Below are positions 34,555-47,990 of a DNA stretch of 63,768 bases, piece after piece. Positions within the stretch are counted from its first letter, which is position 1. Every line of letters begins with the position of its first letter. The translations under genes and the position numbers were made by a program. The notes below the pieces were generated by a model. The model saw nothing but the letters and a program-made list of their open reading frames with translations, did not search any database and was not told the DNA's origin. The DNA is from Schmidtea polychroa (lineage: Eukaryota): assembly GCA_044892525.1 (NCBI GenBank), contig CM097885.1, forward strand, positions 176,514,001 through 176,577,768, given 5' to 3'.

Positions 34555-36755
34555 TAAGGAGTCCCTAAAGTGCGGCCATTAGGATTGTCAAATGTATGCC
34601 CGAGAGGAATTTTAAAATTGTTTTTGTAACGTTATCGTTTGTTAATAAAACTCAATATTGTTAATTTAATTTAAAATTTTATCGAAAAAACGTCGCATGG
34701 CAGACGAAAGAAGGCAGTTTAAAGAAAGTTGGACTTTTGTTATTTAGAACAATGAGAATTTTTGATAATTTGTTTGATATTCCAACAAATAATTTTGGTG
34801 ATGAAAGAATTCAATCTCAAAAGACATTATTAGACCAACCACTAGGAATACGTCGCTTATGTTGGCGAATAGAGAAAACAAAAGGTGGTAAGACCATTGT
34901 CGCTCATGAAATTGCAAAAAATGTAAATCGTTCAGTGGTCGTGAATTTATAAAGGATTCACTTTTGAAAGTGATAGATATAGTGTGTCCCGAAAAAAGAA
35001 ATGCCTTTAAACTATGACACGCCGAGTTTAAGACATTGGCAAAGATCTTGAAAATCAAGGCTGAAAAGTTGGCTGCATTTTCTCGGATGTACAGATATTG
35101 GTGACACTGTCAACTATTAATTTTTATTCGTAGTATAACTGACAATTTTGGAGTTGTTCAAGATGTCCTAAAATAGTGTAGTTTAAAAGGAAGAACAGAT
35201 ATATTCGAAGCAATGCGCACGGTAATCGACGAAATGAAATGTCACTGGAATAACTACAGATGGAGCTCCGTCAATGGTTAGCTAAAAATTGGTCTAGATG
35301 GTTTGATTAAAAAACATTTTTTTACTTAAGATTTTTATGGAGATTTTCTTTAATTTTCTTTTTAATTTCTACTAATCGCCTTTATTCAAATTTGTTTCGT
35401 TGTTTTATGTTTTTCAGTTATATTTGAGTAGGTTTTTTGTGCAATACTTGCTTGAGTTTTAATTTATTATTATTTGGATGTTTTTGATCTCTGTGTATTG
35501 ATCTCTCTATTATCATCTCTCTATTATTATCTCTATTACTTGGTGTTTTTATATGTTTTAATTTAAGTAGACTTAATGCAGGGTATGCGTGTTGTGTACC
35601 GGCATATTTCATCACTATTCTAACTTGTGGTTCTAGAAATCAGTTCTAGCCTAACAGTAGACATCCCTTCATTTTTGAACGAACTGCCAGGCTGTGAAAA
35701 GTTTATTACTACTTTAGTGGACGGTGTTAAATCGTTTGTAATAAAGCTAACCTTACTGCAAAAACTGAAGGACGGAAATTTATCTCATTTCGCGGCTTGC
35801 ACAGAGATTTAAAACCAAAACGGACAAGCTCTTGTAATTTTGCGTTCTGACAAATATTTCGAGATTATTGGCAGTCTGTTATCTGAATTTTCCCGACGTT
35901 TCTCTGACTTCAGATTGCATGAACAGTCATTTGCCATTTTCCAAAATCCGTTTACTTGTGAGCCAGAGATTGCACATTATGATTTGCAATTAGAGCTGAT
36001 TAACTCGCAGGAAAATTCAGAGGCGCGAACTTCATTTCATGCACTAGGCTTGATGGAATTTTATCAAAGCCTTTCGGTTTCGGTATACTCGTCTATTCGA
36101 CGACATGCTCAGCGTATTGGATTACTTTTCGTTGTAGACTTGCCAACTCTCCCGTTTTTGCCGGGAGTCTCCCGGAATCGGCTTTCGTAAATATGACCCG
36201 GGATATGTTTTTTTGCGGGGCCACATAAATTTGTGAAAAATACATTTTCTACAATTAATATCACAAAATCTAAGATGAGGTCACGATTAACTAATCTTCA
36301 GGCAATCCTGCGCATTGCAACAACAAGCTTTGAACCTCAATTTGGACATATAATTTCTCAAAAATCTCAACTTCACAAATCACATGATGTGTACCACGAG
36401 AAGTGAATTAAAATATGACGAACTCTAAGCTAAATTATTAAAACAGTTAATTTTAATTTTAATACAAACGATTTGACAAGTAACAACATTTTATGTTGGA
36501 TAAATAAATATTTCATGTGTTATTACGAAATTATTATACATTTCTAGTTTTAAATTCAAGCACTTCATTACTGTTTATTTAATTAAATTTTAATTTATTA
36601 TATATCAAGTAAGTAAGGCTTATACTTTTAGGCCTAATATTTATAAACTAAGTTTAGGCTTAGCGATTTTGACACTTGCATGATACCTTGTGGCCCGCAA
36701 GGTCTTACTGTATTACTAAAGTGACACTCGGTTTCCAACACTATGTGGACCCTTG
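34555..36755 (+). mobile_element. Decayed hAT Charlie/SPIN-type (GTF2IRD2-like) transposon
   Basis: Degenerate ends (TAAGGAGTCCC / GGACCCTTG); remnants MADERRQFKESW, TTDGAPSM, LLSEFSRRFSDF...FQNPF, CENTFSTINITKSKMRSRLT; TSD not clear. Confidence 0.7.
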
Positions 36756-36989
36756 TTCTAAGTATATATATTTGTATTGATATTATTTATGAATTGTCTA
36801 AAAATGATAATTTCGGTTTGAATTTAACGCCATATTTAGATAATTTATATTTTTTTATATAAAATTTAATTCACAATCACATAATGTCGAAATTGATAAA
36901 TTATCCACTTATAACAACGTACATATATTTAGCATAACCAACATGAAGAACAATATAATAAATTCTCAATACTTGCTGATTTCTTCAAG

Positions 36990-37209
36990 TTCCTTTGTTA
37001 GTTCCGGAATTTTTATAATGGATAATGTAAGATTTCATCATTGCAAAGAAGTTTCGAGTTTGATTGATAATACGAATTTTAAATTACTTTTCCCACCACC
37101 CATTTCTTCATTTCTAAACCCGATAGAAAATTCGTTTTCAAAATGGAAAAGTACTGTGATGACAATGCGACCTGAAAATGAAGATACGATATATAGAAGA
37201 AGCAACTGA
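36990..37209 (+). pseudogene. Tc1/IS630-like transposase C-terminal remnant
   Basis: FIMDNVRFHH...LLFPPPISSFLNPIENSFSKWK is the DNxxxH / LPPYSPxLNPIE-type motif. Confidence 0.8.
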
Positions 37210-37280
37210 TTTTTTTTCGTTTCACGATTTTCAGGGATATTAGAGGAATATGATGAGTTATATTTCTAAATCGCTTTTAA

Positions 37281-37495
37281 CCCTGCAGAGCGCGCGCTAA
37301 AAAAATTACATGGATGCGCGCGTTGGGTCTCACAGACCCAATATTGTTTTCTCATGATTTATAGACTTATTGATTGGCAAAATAAAGCAATATTAAATTT
37401 TAAAAGATTTATTACTTTATAAACAAGCTTTTACATTTTTTTTACGCATAAAAAGATCGTCTGGGTCTGTGAGACCCAACGCGCCCTCTGGAGGG
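37281..37495. mobile_element. piggyBac-type MITE
   Basis: TTAA on both sides, CCCT...AGGG ends, perfect 22-bp subterminal inverted repeat CGCGTTGGGTCTCACAGACCCA. Confidence 0.9.
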
Positions 37496-37921
37496 TTAAT
37501 GCTTGGAATTGATAGTTAAAATTTCATATTTCGAATAAAATTTGATTTTTGACTATATTGAATAATAAAAATACATTAATTTTTTTTATAGCTATATTGA
37601 GTGAACAAATGACTATAATGACTGAAAAACCAAAAAAAAATCAAGTGGACTGAATCATCGCACTTTCAATAATGTCGGTGTATCGTATATTGGGATATCA
37701 TCAAATAATAACGGTAAAATATTCCCTTATTTTTATTACACAAACATTTGGAGTAAAGTGTCAGTATACGCCTTTTGTTACTGTTGCACTAAGACTAAAT
37801 TAAAAAACCAACACTAAGTATTGACCAATTTTCTGGGTCAATACTATCGCGCAAAATTGTTGGAAAACTACACTAATCTTCTTACCTTGCATCTTTGTCG
37901 AGCTATTGGTACACTTTAGAG

Positions 37922-40608
37922 CATGGGTGTCCAACCTTTTAGGTACCCTGAGCCACATTAGACACAAGATGAGTTGTTCTGGGCCACACAAAAAAAATTC
38001 ACTTACACTAATAATGGCTGATGAGAAAATAAAATTTATGTTATATAGTTAACATATTTATGTATTTTATATATTTATTAATTTCTTATTCCAAAAGTAA
38101 AAGACAAAACCAAATTCAGAAATTAGTGAGACACTTGACTTTTTTTTTGATATACTAATGCGTCAATATTTGCTTCGATGGAAGTAGTTGCGATTCTTAG
38201 TGATTGCTTAAGGTGCTCATCAGATAGTTTCGTTCTATTTTTATTCTTTGTGCGCTTCATCCGTGAAAATAACTGCTCACAAATGTAGGTGCTTTCAAAT
38301 AGCAATGACATAAATAGGGCTTGGTTGTGAAGCGAGAGATATTTTTGTTTGGGAAGATATATCTTATGAAAGTCGAGTAAAGAGACTTGATGAGATTTTT
38401 CTTTAAGTTGAATGTCAGATTGTAACTCTATGCATTCTATTTGAAAATTGGCTGGTAATCAGTTAATTTCGACTGAAAAAGGAGTCGCAAATATACCAAA
38501 AAGTAGATAATTTTCCCAGAAATCTTGGAACCTATTTTCAAACTCCTGTATCAAATCGGAAAGCAAAGTTACATATTTTTCGTTGTTCAGAGGACTGTGT
38601 TTCGCCAACGTATTGAAATGCATAAAATTGTTTGCCTTAATTTGTGATTGCCATAATTTCAGTTTCATTTCAAATGCTGATATGGTTTGAAACATTGTAT
38701 TTATAAGTTGGTCTTTATCTTGAAGACGCGAATTTAACTTATTTAAATGAGTGGTCAAGTTTACTAAAAATGCCAAATCGGTGAGCCAGTGTTCAATTGT
38801 CAAGTTCGGGCACAAATTTCGTTTTCGATTACATAAATGACTTGATTTCATTTCGCAAATCATAAAATCTTTTCAACATGTTTCCCCGGCTTAACCATCT
38901 AACTTCCGAAAAGTAAATGATATCCCCATATTCCGCATCCATAATTTTAAGAAATTCTTGGAATTAACGATGATTCAATCCTTTGGCTCTTATAAATTTT
39001 ACAGCGTCGATGTCAATCGGCATCAAGTTATTCATCTTTAAACATTTTCCTGTTATTTTCCTGATGTACTATGCACACGTAAATTTTGGACGGCAAATGC
39101 ATCGTCTTCTACTAATTTTACAAGTCCTTTTCGTTTACCTACCATATCCGGAGCACCATCAGTTACTATTCCAGATATATTCGCAACGGACAAAGAAAAT
39201 CGTTTTAGTGTAGTTTTCACCGCTTCATATAAATCTCTTGATTTAGTCGTGCCTTTTAATGACACTAAAGAAGCCATTTCTTCAGTGAAATTATATTCTT
39301 CATCAATACCTCTAATAAAAATTGCCAATTGAGCTGTGTCAGTAGCATCAGTACTTTCGTCTATCACCAAAGCATAAAATTTAAAATTAGCTGCTCTACT
39401 CTCCAAACCTGCTTCGACAGATTTTACGATTTCTTTAATTCGCCTGGCTATTGTCTGGTGAGGCAAACTGATTTAAGAAAATTCTTCTTTTTTATCAGGG
39501 CAAATTATATTTGCAACGTTTCCATGCATAGCTGAATAAACTCACCATCAGCAAATGGTTTGGAGTTTTGTGCTATCAAATTTGAAACCACATAACTAGC
39601 TTTTACGGTAGAATCCTTTTGAGTTGTAATTTTTAAAAAAAAAACTTTGTTGAGATGATGGACTTTTTCCAGTTCTGCTATTTTGTCTTTACGACACATT
39701 CCTTGATATGAATTAAATATACTAGCATGTTTTTGCGTATAATGCCTTTTCAAATTGTAGTCTTTGAAAACAGCTACAAATTCCCGACAAATTAAGCACA
39801 TTACCTTAGTATTTACCTCAACAAAAAAGTAGTCATCTGTCCACTTTTTGTTGAACAATCTTCTTTCTTCCATAATTTTTCTCTTTCTTTTTCGTTCGGT
39901 TTATTTTTGTGGCGCTGTGGAAGCCATGCTGAAATTAAAAAGATTGATAGATATTTTAAAAATGCAAATAAATACCCCTCGTGATATTATTTTAAATTTG
40001 CCTCCTAAATTTGTTGTTTAAGTTGTTAAAAGCAGTAAATAAATTATTAAATAATAATGATGGGTAAATTTAACGGCTAATTTCGTAGCTGACAGTGTAT
40101 TATCAATACGTGTGTAAATCAAATAAAAATACTTTCGTTGTATCAAATACTAAAATTTATTAACAGGTTTTAAGATTACTTAAAAATTTTTTAAATTTTA
40201 TTTATAAAAGTTTCAGAAGCACAAAAATGTACTGAAAAATGCACATATTTCAAAATGTTGTACTCACGTACTGAATCTCATAAAAATGTACTGGATTTAG
40301 TACAATTGTACTGAAACGGTAGCACTGCCTATTTGCCAGATATCAGAAAAGCGAGTTACCACATGCTTTAGACTTAAAAATACTGTGGTACAAGTGTAAC
40401 ACTGGTACAAGAGCACATTGAAGATTAAACGCAACAACACTAACAGAATGATTAGAGATTGTTTGAGAATAATTTTATGAATTATTATAAATTAATAGCT
40501 TCATTAAGTTGAAGTTTTATTTTTAGTGTTATTAATGGTATTTGCAGCCGAAATCATAATTTGTGGAAGTTTATGATTTGTCGTTGGGCCGCGGGTTGAA
40601 CAAGCCTG
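37922..40608 (-). mobile_element. hAT Charlie/SPIN-type transposon
   Basis: Imperfect TIRs (CATGGGTGTCCAACC / CAGGCTTGTTCAACC) with exact 8-bp TSD CTTTAGAG. Confidence 0.9.
38123..39927 (-). pseudogene. Disrupted GTF2IRD2-like hAT transposase
   Basis: BED-type finger CLICREFVAVFKDYNLKRHY, LVIDESTDATDTAQL, VTDGAPDMVG, WLTDLAFL, FESTYICEQLFSRMK; multiple frameshifts. Confidence 0.92.
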
Positions 40609-40790
40609 CTTTAGAGCCAGCTTTGACGCTTAGAAATATCATTCAGGGCGGTTTCAATAACCAATCATCTTTACTTTAGCGGCAACAAATTCGTGTAGTT
40701 TTTAACGGTAATGGTTTTTAATGGGTTTGAATTATTAATTTTGTGAATAATAATAAAGCTTCAAAACTCATATTGTTGTTTATTATTTAC

Positions 40791-41736
40791 TGTTTAACCT
40801 TACACGCTAAATTTATTGGAGTCAAAATCTTTTATCTGCGTTACGCGTTTCAAATCGAACAAACTTAACAAAAGTGTGACTGGGACACAGCAAACATACA
40901 AGTAAGTCAAACTCAAACCCGTCCAAACACCAACTAAACACTTAAACAAAATTCACATAACATCAAAATGGTTGGGTTTTTATTTGAAAGTCGGTTCTCT
41001 CTGACTCCTCGTGTTTCTTATTCAGCCAAATAACTCAAACCCAACACAGAATAATTTTATTCAATCTTTTTCACAATTACAATTTGTCACTTTTTGCACC
41101 TTTCCTCCAGGTAATTTTTCACTCAATGAGGTAAAAACTCAAGGGGATATCACCGTTTCTTTACGAGTGTTACCTTGTTTGAATTACTATATTTCTCCTT
41201 CAAATTACTGATCGCCGGATTTCTGCTTCTCTGCTTTCTTTTTCTCTCTTCAATCAAATGACGGCTTGTTCACTTCTGAGCTCTCTTTTTATACTGTTCA
41301 TAAGAGGCAAACTATCTAGAAAATTGCACTTAATTACTTCCTCGGGAATCTTAAATCAATAATTTTGGGTTTTTTGTTTATTCTAATTTGTTTACCATTG
41401 ATTAGAACTCAAAATATTTCTCCTTTTATCTCACTGCTCAGGTCTCACTGCGCATCGGGTTTCCTACAGCGCTCGGGTTTTCCATAACCGATTAATTAAT
41501 TTTAATTAATTTGTTTTTTCGCATTAACTTTCCCCATGAACACTTTATTAAATTTTCATTATAATTTCTGAACTCATCAATCAATTTGGTGTTCAACGAT
41601 ACCCGATACTCGTGTTCAATACTGATTTTTGATTTTTAGTAAATTTTAATTAATTTTGCACTTTTATTGATTTTACCATTATTTGTTATGCTTCCTTTTA
41701 TATATGAATTTTTTGGTTTTTGCGCTAACCCCAACA
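40791..41736 (-). mobile_element. Probable 3' LTR (~950 bp) preceded by a polypurine tract
   Basis: Minus strand: AAGGGGGAGATA (41748-41737), then TGTTGGGG, A-rich U3, TATAAAA near 41290, possible end ...TAAACA at 40791 (this boundary is tentative). Confidence 0.6.
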
Positions 41737-43457
41737 TATCTCCCCCTTAATTAAGATTCATCCTCGAATCTATTTATTTATTAATTATTCATTTACTATA
41801 GTAGAGTACTCTCAATACAATAATTTATAATACTACTTATAAATGGCCTTCCTTGCTTCAAAAGCTGCCATAATAATAATTCATTAATCGAAACTTTTGC
41901 CCTATACTAATAATAATAATAACAATATTCATAACAATAACAATAGCAATAATAATAATGATAACAATAGTGAAATACTCCTATTACTGCTNNNNNNNNN
42001 NNNNNNNNNNNNNNNNNNNNNNNNNNNNNNNNNNNNNNNNNNNNNNNNNNNNNNNNNNNNNNNNNNNNNNNNNNNNNNNNNNNNNNNNNNNNNNNNNNNN
42101 NNNNNNNNNNNNNNNNNNNNNNNNNNNNNNNAGGGTTNNNNNNNNNNNNNNNNNNNNNNNNNNNNNNNNNNNNNNNNNNNNNNNNNNNNNNNNNNNNNNN
42201 NNNNNNNNNNNNNNNNNNNNNNNNNNNNNNNNNNNNNNNNNNNNNNNNNNNNNNNNNNNNNNNNNNNNNNNNNNNNNNNNNNNNNNNNNNNNNNNNNNNN
42301 NNNNNNNNNNNNNNNNNNNNNNNNNNNNNNNNNNNNNNNNNNNNNNNNNNNNNNNNNNNNNGGACGTGGGATTAATGTTAAAGTTGGACAAGAATAAAAT
42401 TCAGTTTATTATTGTTTATATAACTATGATAAAACACAATAACATAAACAATTATAAAGTAATATAGAACGATAAGTAAAAAAGAATAAATACATCATAA
42501 AAAAATTAAAAAAGACAACTGAAAATAAATAGTTTGAGTGGCCAAGATAATCAGTGTCTGTATTGTGGGGCATTGTTAGGCCCAAAAAATGCTGGTTATA
42601 GATGTTCACGTATGGATTAGACGTAAACCTGTTAAATATCTACCACGACTTGCCCAATTACAAAGAAAAGAAACAGCCAAACTAATAAAAAATTATTTTA
42701 TTTATTTTAACTCGAAACTTATTTGTATACTATTTTATTTATTACATTTACTTCCACTTGAATTCCCTTTCTTGATCTACACCTAGATAAGGCCACATAT
42801 AGTTGGCCATGTCCAAAAATAGGGTGAGCTGGTGTAAGATAGAATTATTTCATTAACATTTTCATTTCTCAAAAGCCGACTATTATTCAAACTTGTTTTT
42901 TTATAATAGATTTCAAATTATTACTTTAAATAAAAAATTTAAGCCCATAATATACTTTAATTTTAATTATTACTACCAATTCTCATCATCTTTCTAAATT
43001 TATTACTTAGTTTTAAAATTTAGCCTTTTCATTTACTTATTTACAAGAAATAACCCTTATTTACTATTATTTTTATTAGTAGAAATTAATTTAAATCTGT
43101 CTTTGAAATTAATTTAATAAAAATTTTTATTTAATTTTTCCATGGAAAATTATTTCATAAAAATTTCCATTTTAATTTGTCTTCTCAAAAGCTGACTATC
43201 ATTCAAACTTTTTTATAATAGATTTAAAATTCTTACTTTATTTTACTTATTTAAGAATAATTACTTTAATTTTAAAATATTACTTTAATTCAAAATGTTT
43301 AACTTTAATTTACTTATTTAAAATTCTAGACCATTGATTACTTTTAAAAATTTAGCCCTTGATTTACTTTAATTTTAAATTTGAACCCATAATTTACTTA
43401 AATTCAAATTTTAGACCTTTAATTTACCTATTATTTTAATATTAATATTTGTGGGAC

Positions 43458-46265
43458 CAGCCCCGTACCGTGACACCTTTTGACGGGGGGCCCAGACTCT
43501 CATTAAAGGGGCCAGTAATTCTCGTGTAAACTAAGTATTTTATGAAAACAGACTAGTCACTACTCACACTTTGCACTCCGAAATGTTCAATTTAAAAAAA
43601 GGAAAGCAAAATCGACATTTTGTCTGAGCATCATTTTGCTACATTATTGCATATACTAGTATATAGGAAATGATTTTCGCACATTTTTTAGGAACAAACA
43701 CAAAAAACAAATAGCTGCATGTATTTGCAAGACGGACAATTGGACATACAAAGACAGAACACACAGTCACACAGATTTGAAAACTAAAGGTGAGTGCAAT
43801 AGAAATTACACAGGAACTAGATCCAGAAAAAAGAAATTACGTGTGTGAGATATCGACATGACTCAAAATAGCTGCAGTCGACGATTTTTCATTTCATGAA
43901 ACCGCCGAAGAAACTCATCAGATTTGATGTTATTACTGATGTCACTTTCAAATGAGAGCAATACAAGGTTGGCTTTACGAGAATGGCTCATCGACGTACG
44001 AAAGGGAGTTAAGACACGAGATAAAGTACTGAAAGTCGCCTCACATGTGGCAGTTGAAGCACCGATTGTCAGTGCAGAAGCTGCAAGACGATAGACAGAT
44101 GGAAAAGCATCTCGGTATGAGTACAGTTCTTGCACTAACTGATGAACGTTTGTCACAGTACTGGCTCTCTTCAATAGGAAAACCTTTGCAGTTTCAAATT
44201 CATGTTGGGTTTCGCTTAGGTCCACGCCACACAGTGTCGCTAAAGTCTTTAGCTCCTCAATATTCAAAAAGTTTGCGTGATCAGTCTTCAAACATGCAAG
44301 AGACATAAAGGCTTCTGTTGGTGACACCGAAGCGTTTTGTTAGTTCCTGCAGAGTCCTATCAACGACTTCGTAATACATCTGGCGATATGCGCATCTGAT
44401 AGGCAAGGCCTGGTGTTCTGGCTGTCCCACAGATCCGAACACAATGAAGTTGTCTAATTTTGAGTTCATCTGAGTTCTTCTTCTTTTTGGTGTCTGTTCC
44501 ATATCCATTTGACCTTCGAATTTCCCAAAAAGAACTTGGAATTCCTCTTCATTGCGTAGGCTGCGAATGCGCTCTATGGCGGTATCCATAACATCACATG
44601 CTGAAGAAAGGTCCATTGCTTGACCCTGCAAGCTATTGTTGGCTGTTTCAAGGATAGTCAGCAATGAGAGCACCATGTGTGCAATGAACTGAAACTCCAC
44701 TTCATTGACTCAATGCAAGAGTCCAGTAGCTTCCAATTGAATATCAATTGAAAAGTGAGAATGTCTACTAGAACACATCTCAAGCAAATTCACAATTGTA
44801 TCATAATTAGTTGTTAATGCCTGAGTCGTCTGCAAGTGTCCTGTCCAACGATGTTCCATGAGCCGTGTCAATTTATCGCCTTGATATATGGCCGCAACCT
44901 TAGGATATGACAAAAATGTGTATAAGTTTCTGCATATGTCGAAGAAGTCCCGCAGTTTTTGGCACTCAGAAACGGCACACACAACAACCAAATGCAACTT
45001 GTGGTTGAAGCAATGGACATACGGAATTTCTATTTGTAGACGCTCCTGAAGCAAGGCCTGCACCCCACCATGCTGTCCAGACATAACAGCGGCTCCATCA
45101 TAGCATTGGGAGATTATATTTTTAGGATCCAACTGAGCCTCTTTCAAGGTTGTCAAAATTACATCTGTGAAGGCCTCTGCATTGAGAGCAATTGTTCGGG
45201 AAATGCAGATTAAGTGCTCCTGAGGTTGTCCTGCTGAGACAAACCTTATGGCAATCGACACATTCTCAGTCCCTGTTCGATCTTTGGTACCATCCACCTT
45301 CAGAGTAAAATATTCAACATCCGCAGACTTGCACTTCTTAACAATTGACTCTTGCACTATTGATGCCATTAACGCGATAATTTCATTTTGAATTCGAGGT
45401 GATGTGTACGTGGCAATTTTGGGAATCGTTTTAATGATTCGAGCCAGCTCAGGATTTTTCTTAACAGTGTATTCGAAGAGAGGTAAAAATAGACCACACG
45501 GAAGCTTATCATCCTCATCAATATCATCTCTACTGAAACTGTCACCACGAAAGGCTAATTCATTTGTCACAAGAAACTTTACAACGTCAACGATTTCGTT
45601 GACATAATAACGGTTGTTCTTCAGCTGTGTTTCATTAATCAAAGTGCAAACTTCCTCACCTTTTTCACATCTCAGCTGTTTCTCTTTCCAGCATTCCATG
45701 GCATGGATGTGGCCAGCAGAAGATTCATGCTTTTGAAAACCTTTTCCTTTTTCTAAAGCCGATTTCCAATTTCGGAATCCTCCTGTTCTGAAAGCACTTT
45801 CGCCAGCACACTTCACATGCCAGTCTCTTCCAGTGAGGCAGATAGATGGAACATCCTACCCCCGTCCATACTACATAAACCTCTACATATGCAACTCATG
45901 CACATCCATGTCAATGCATGTGTGCACGATAGCAATTTTTCTTTTAGCAAACATATTGAATGTAATGCAGTGATTCACATTAGAGCAACTGTTGTCGACA
46001 ACGTTTGGTATCGACAATTGTTGCGCTGTTAACATTAACATTTAGTGAAATTTAAAACGACGCTCCGACTTCAATTAAAAGGTTTCTTTAGGATTCGGCC
46101 CATTATATAGTGCTTATTAGATCATTTATGGTACATGAATGAATGTAATTGTTTATTTCATTTTCACCTTGAAGTAAAACCATCATTTTTTATTCATGTC
46201 CGTTTTTTTTATTTGGGGGGGGGGGGCCGGGCCCTCCTGCCCCCCCCCCCGACGGTACGGGCCTG
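43458..46265 (-). mobile_element. hAT transposon (ZMYM1/TTF-zinc-finger type)
   Basis: TIRs CAG(C/G)CCCGTACCGT with exact 8-bp TSD TGTGGGAC (43450-57, 46266-73). Confidence 0.95.
43863..45816 (-). pseudogene. ZMYM1-like hAT transposase with two frame breaks
   Basis: GFRNWKSA...KHESS, LAFRG, YTSPRIQNEII, KVDGTKD, CYDGAAVMSG, HCFNHKLHL, RWTGH, STATCEATFS; long fragments remain intact. Confidence 0.93.
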
Positions 46266-46617
46266 TGTGGGACTGGTGGCTAAGTGGTGAATTTACTTTT
46301 TGGTTTCTTATTTTGACGTTAGGTATGAGGTTCAAATCCAAGTATGGGCGAGTTTTTTCAAAAATTAATTTTTACATGTTATTTTTAATATAGATCGAAT
46401 CAGCATACTTTAATTGTTATATAAATTGAAATTTTCATAAAAATCGGTTAATAATTTTTACTTAAAGGTTCATAGTATTTTCTCACCTACTATTATAAAA
46501 TGCTGTAAACAAGCATTAAATAATAATTGATATTAATTTTCAGACCATTTGGGGATTTATTTTATTGTACTTTGTGACCATTAATTATTTTTTATTGTAC
46601 TCTTCAAATAACAATAG

Positions 46618-47002
46618 AAGTAGTCATAGTTGTGGTAGTGGTGGTCATGGTTGTGGTTGTCGTGGTATTGTATTTTAGCATTGGTCGTACTCGGTTGTAT
46701 TATTAGTACTGGACTCTCACATAATAGTAGTCGATGTGTGTGTGTTGTTACTAGATGGAGACAGTTAGCAACCGGTGACCACTAAGTATGACGACACAGT
46801 AACCATGATAAGTACGTGGTCAGTTAGCAACAGCTTTGTATATGACGCAATGAGCACGCGATTGGTCCGTTAGTAACAATGTGTGTATTACGTAAAGGTC
46901 ACGCATGAGGGCAGTCAGCAACAGTGTGTGTATTACATAAAGGTCACACGAATGGTCAGTTAGTAACAGTTTTTGTATTACATAATCGGTCATTATTATG
47001 TA
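46618..47002 (-). repeat. LTR-like repeat C1
   Basis: 46748-47002 matches 59995-60204; internal GGTCAGTTAG(C/T)AACA subrepeats and a GTAGTC/GTTGTG simple-repeat tail. Confidence 0.7.
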
Positions 47003-47004
47003 TC

Positions 47005-47990
47005 TGGAAATGCGAGAATTGGCGCTGTAGTCAACGCCATTTTCATTTCTTCGAAAGCTTTCTCACATTCCTCAGTCCAGATTATTTTTTTCACTATTGC
47101 TTCCACATATGCTTTCTAGAGCTCTTGATTTTGTTGCATATTCCTTAATAAATTTTCGATAATAGTTACATATACCTAAAAAGCTTCTCAAATTCTTTAT
47201 ACACTTAGGCCTCTGAAATGATTTAATAGCCTCAATTTTACTTTGATCTGTCCGAATCCCCTGACTGTTAATAATGTGCCCTAAAAACTTTACTTCGCTC
47301 TTTAATAACTGACATTTTTCTGGGTTGATTCTCAATTTAGCTTCTCTTATTTTCTCTAGATCTTTTCCCAACACATTGTAATGTTCTTCAATTGTTCTTG
47401 TAAAAATTAAAATATCGTCAAAATACACCATAACTCCTTCTTTCCATAGATCTTTCAATATTTTTTGTCATTTATTCTTGAAATGTACCCGGTGCCGCCG
47501 CAATGCCAAAAGGCATTCTATTAAAACAAAATTGCCTTTCTTTAGTAGAAAATGCTGTCTTTTCTTGCGATTCTATGTCCAATTTCACCTGATAATAAGC
47601 GTTTCCAAGGTCTATAGAACTAAAGTACTTAGATACATGTAATGTATCTAGAATTTCTTCTACATTCGGCATAGGAAAAGCTTGTCTTTCAGTAATCTTA
47701 TTAAGCTGTCTAAAATCTAAACAAAGTCTGATATCCTTTTTGTCTTTTTCCACACGCATACTAACGGCATATTCCAAGGTGAATTACATCTTATGATATC
47801 ATTATTTTCTACATTTCTTACAGCAGCATTTATTTTCTCTTCTAAATTGATGAGTTGTCTTCTGGGTTTTATCATAATTGACCCTTCTTTTGTGATGATT
47901 TTATGTGCAATTAAATCAGTACATCCAATATCCCAGTTATTAGCCATAAAAACACTTTTATTGTTTTTAACAATCTCTAAAAGTCTAACA
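47005..47990 (-). pseudogene. Ty3/Gypsy reverse transcriptase fragment
   Basis: SPWN.PLV, RLCLDFRQLN, FSSIDLGNAYYQ, MPFGIAAAPGTFQ, YFDDILI, FLGH, FLGICNYYRKFI, APILAFPD; frameshifted. Confidence 0.93.

Noticed and set aside
41897-42467. Track ORFs across the gap, and the isolated AGGGTT as a telomeric repeat
   Set aside because: The ORFs are artefacts of Ns; six bases inside a gap cannot support a telomere call.
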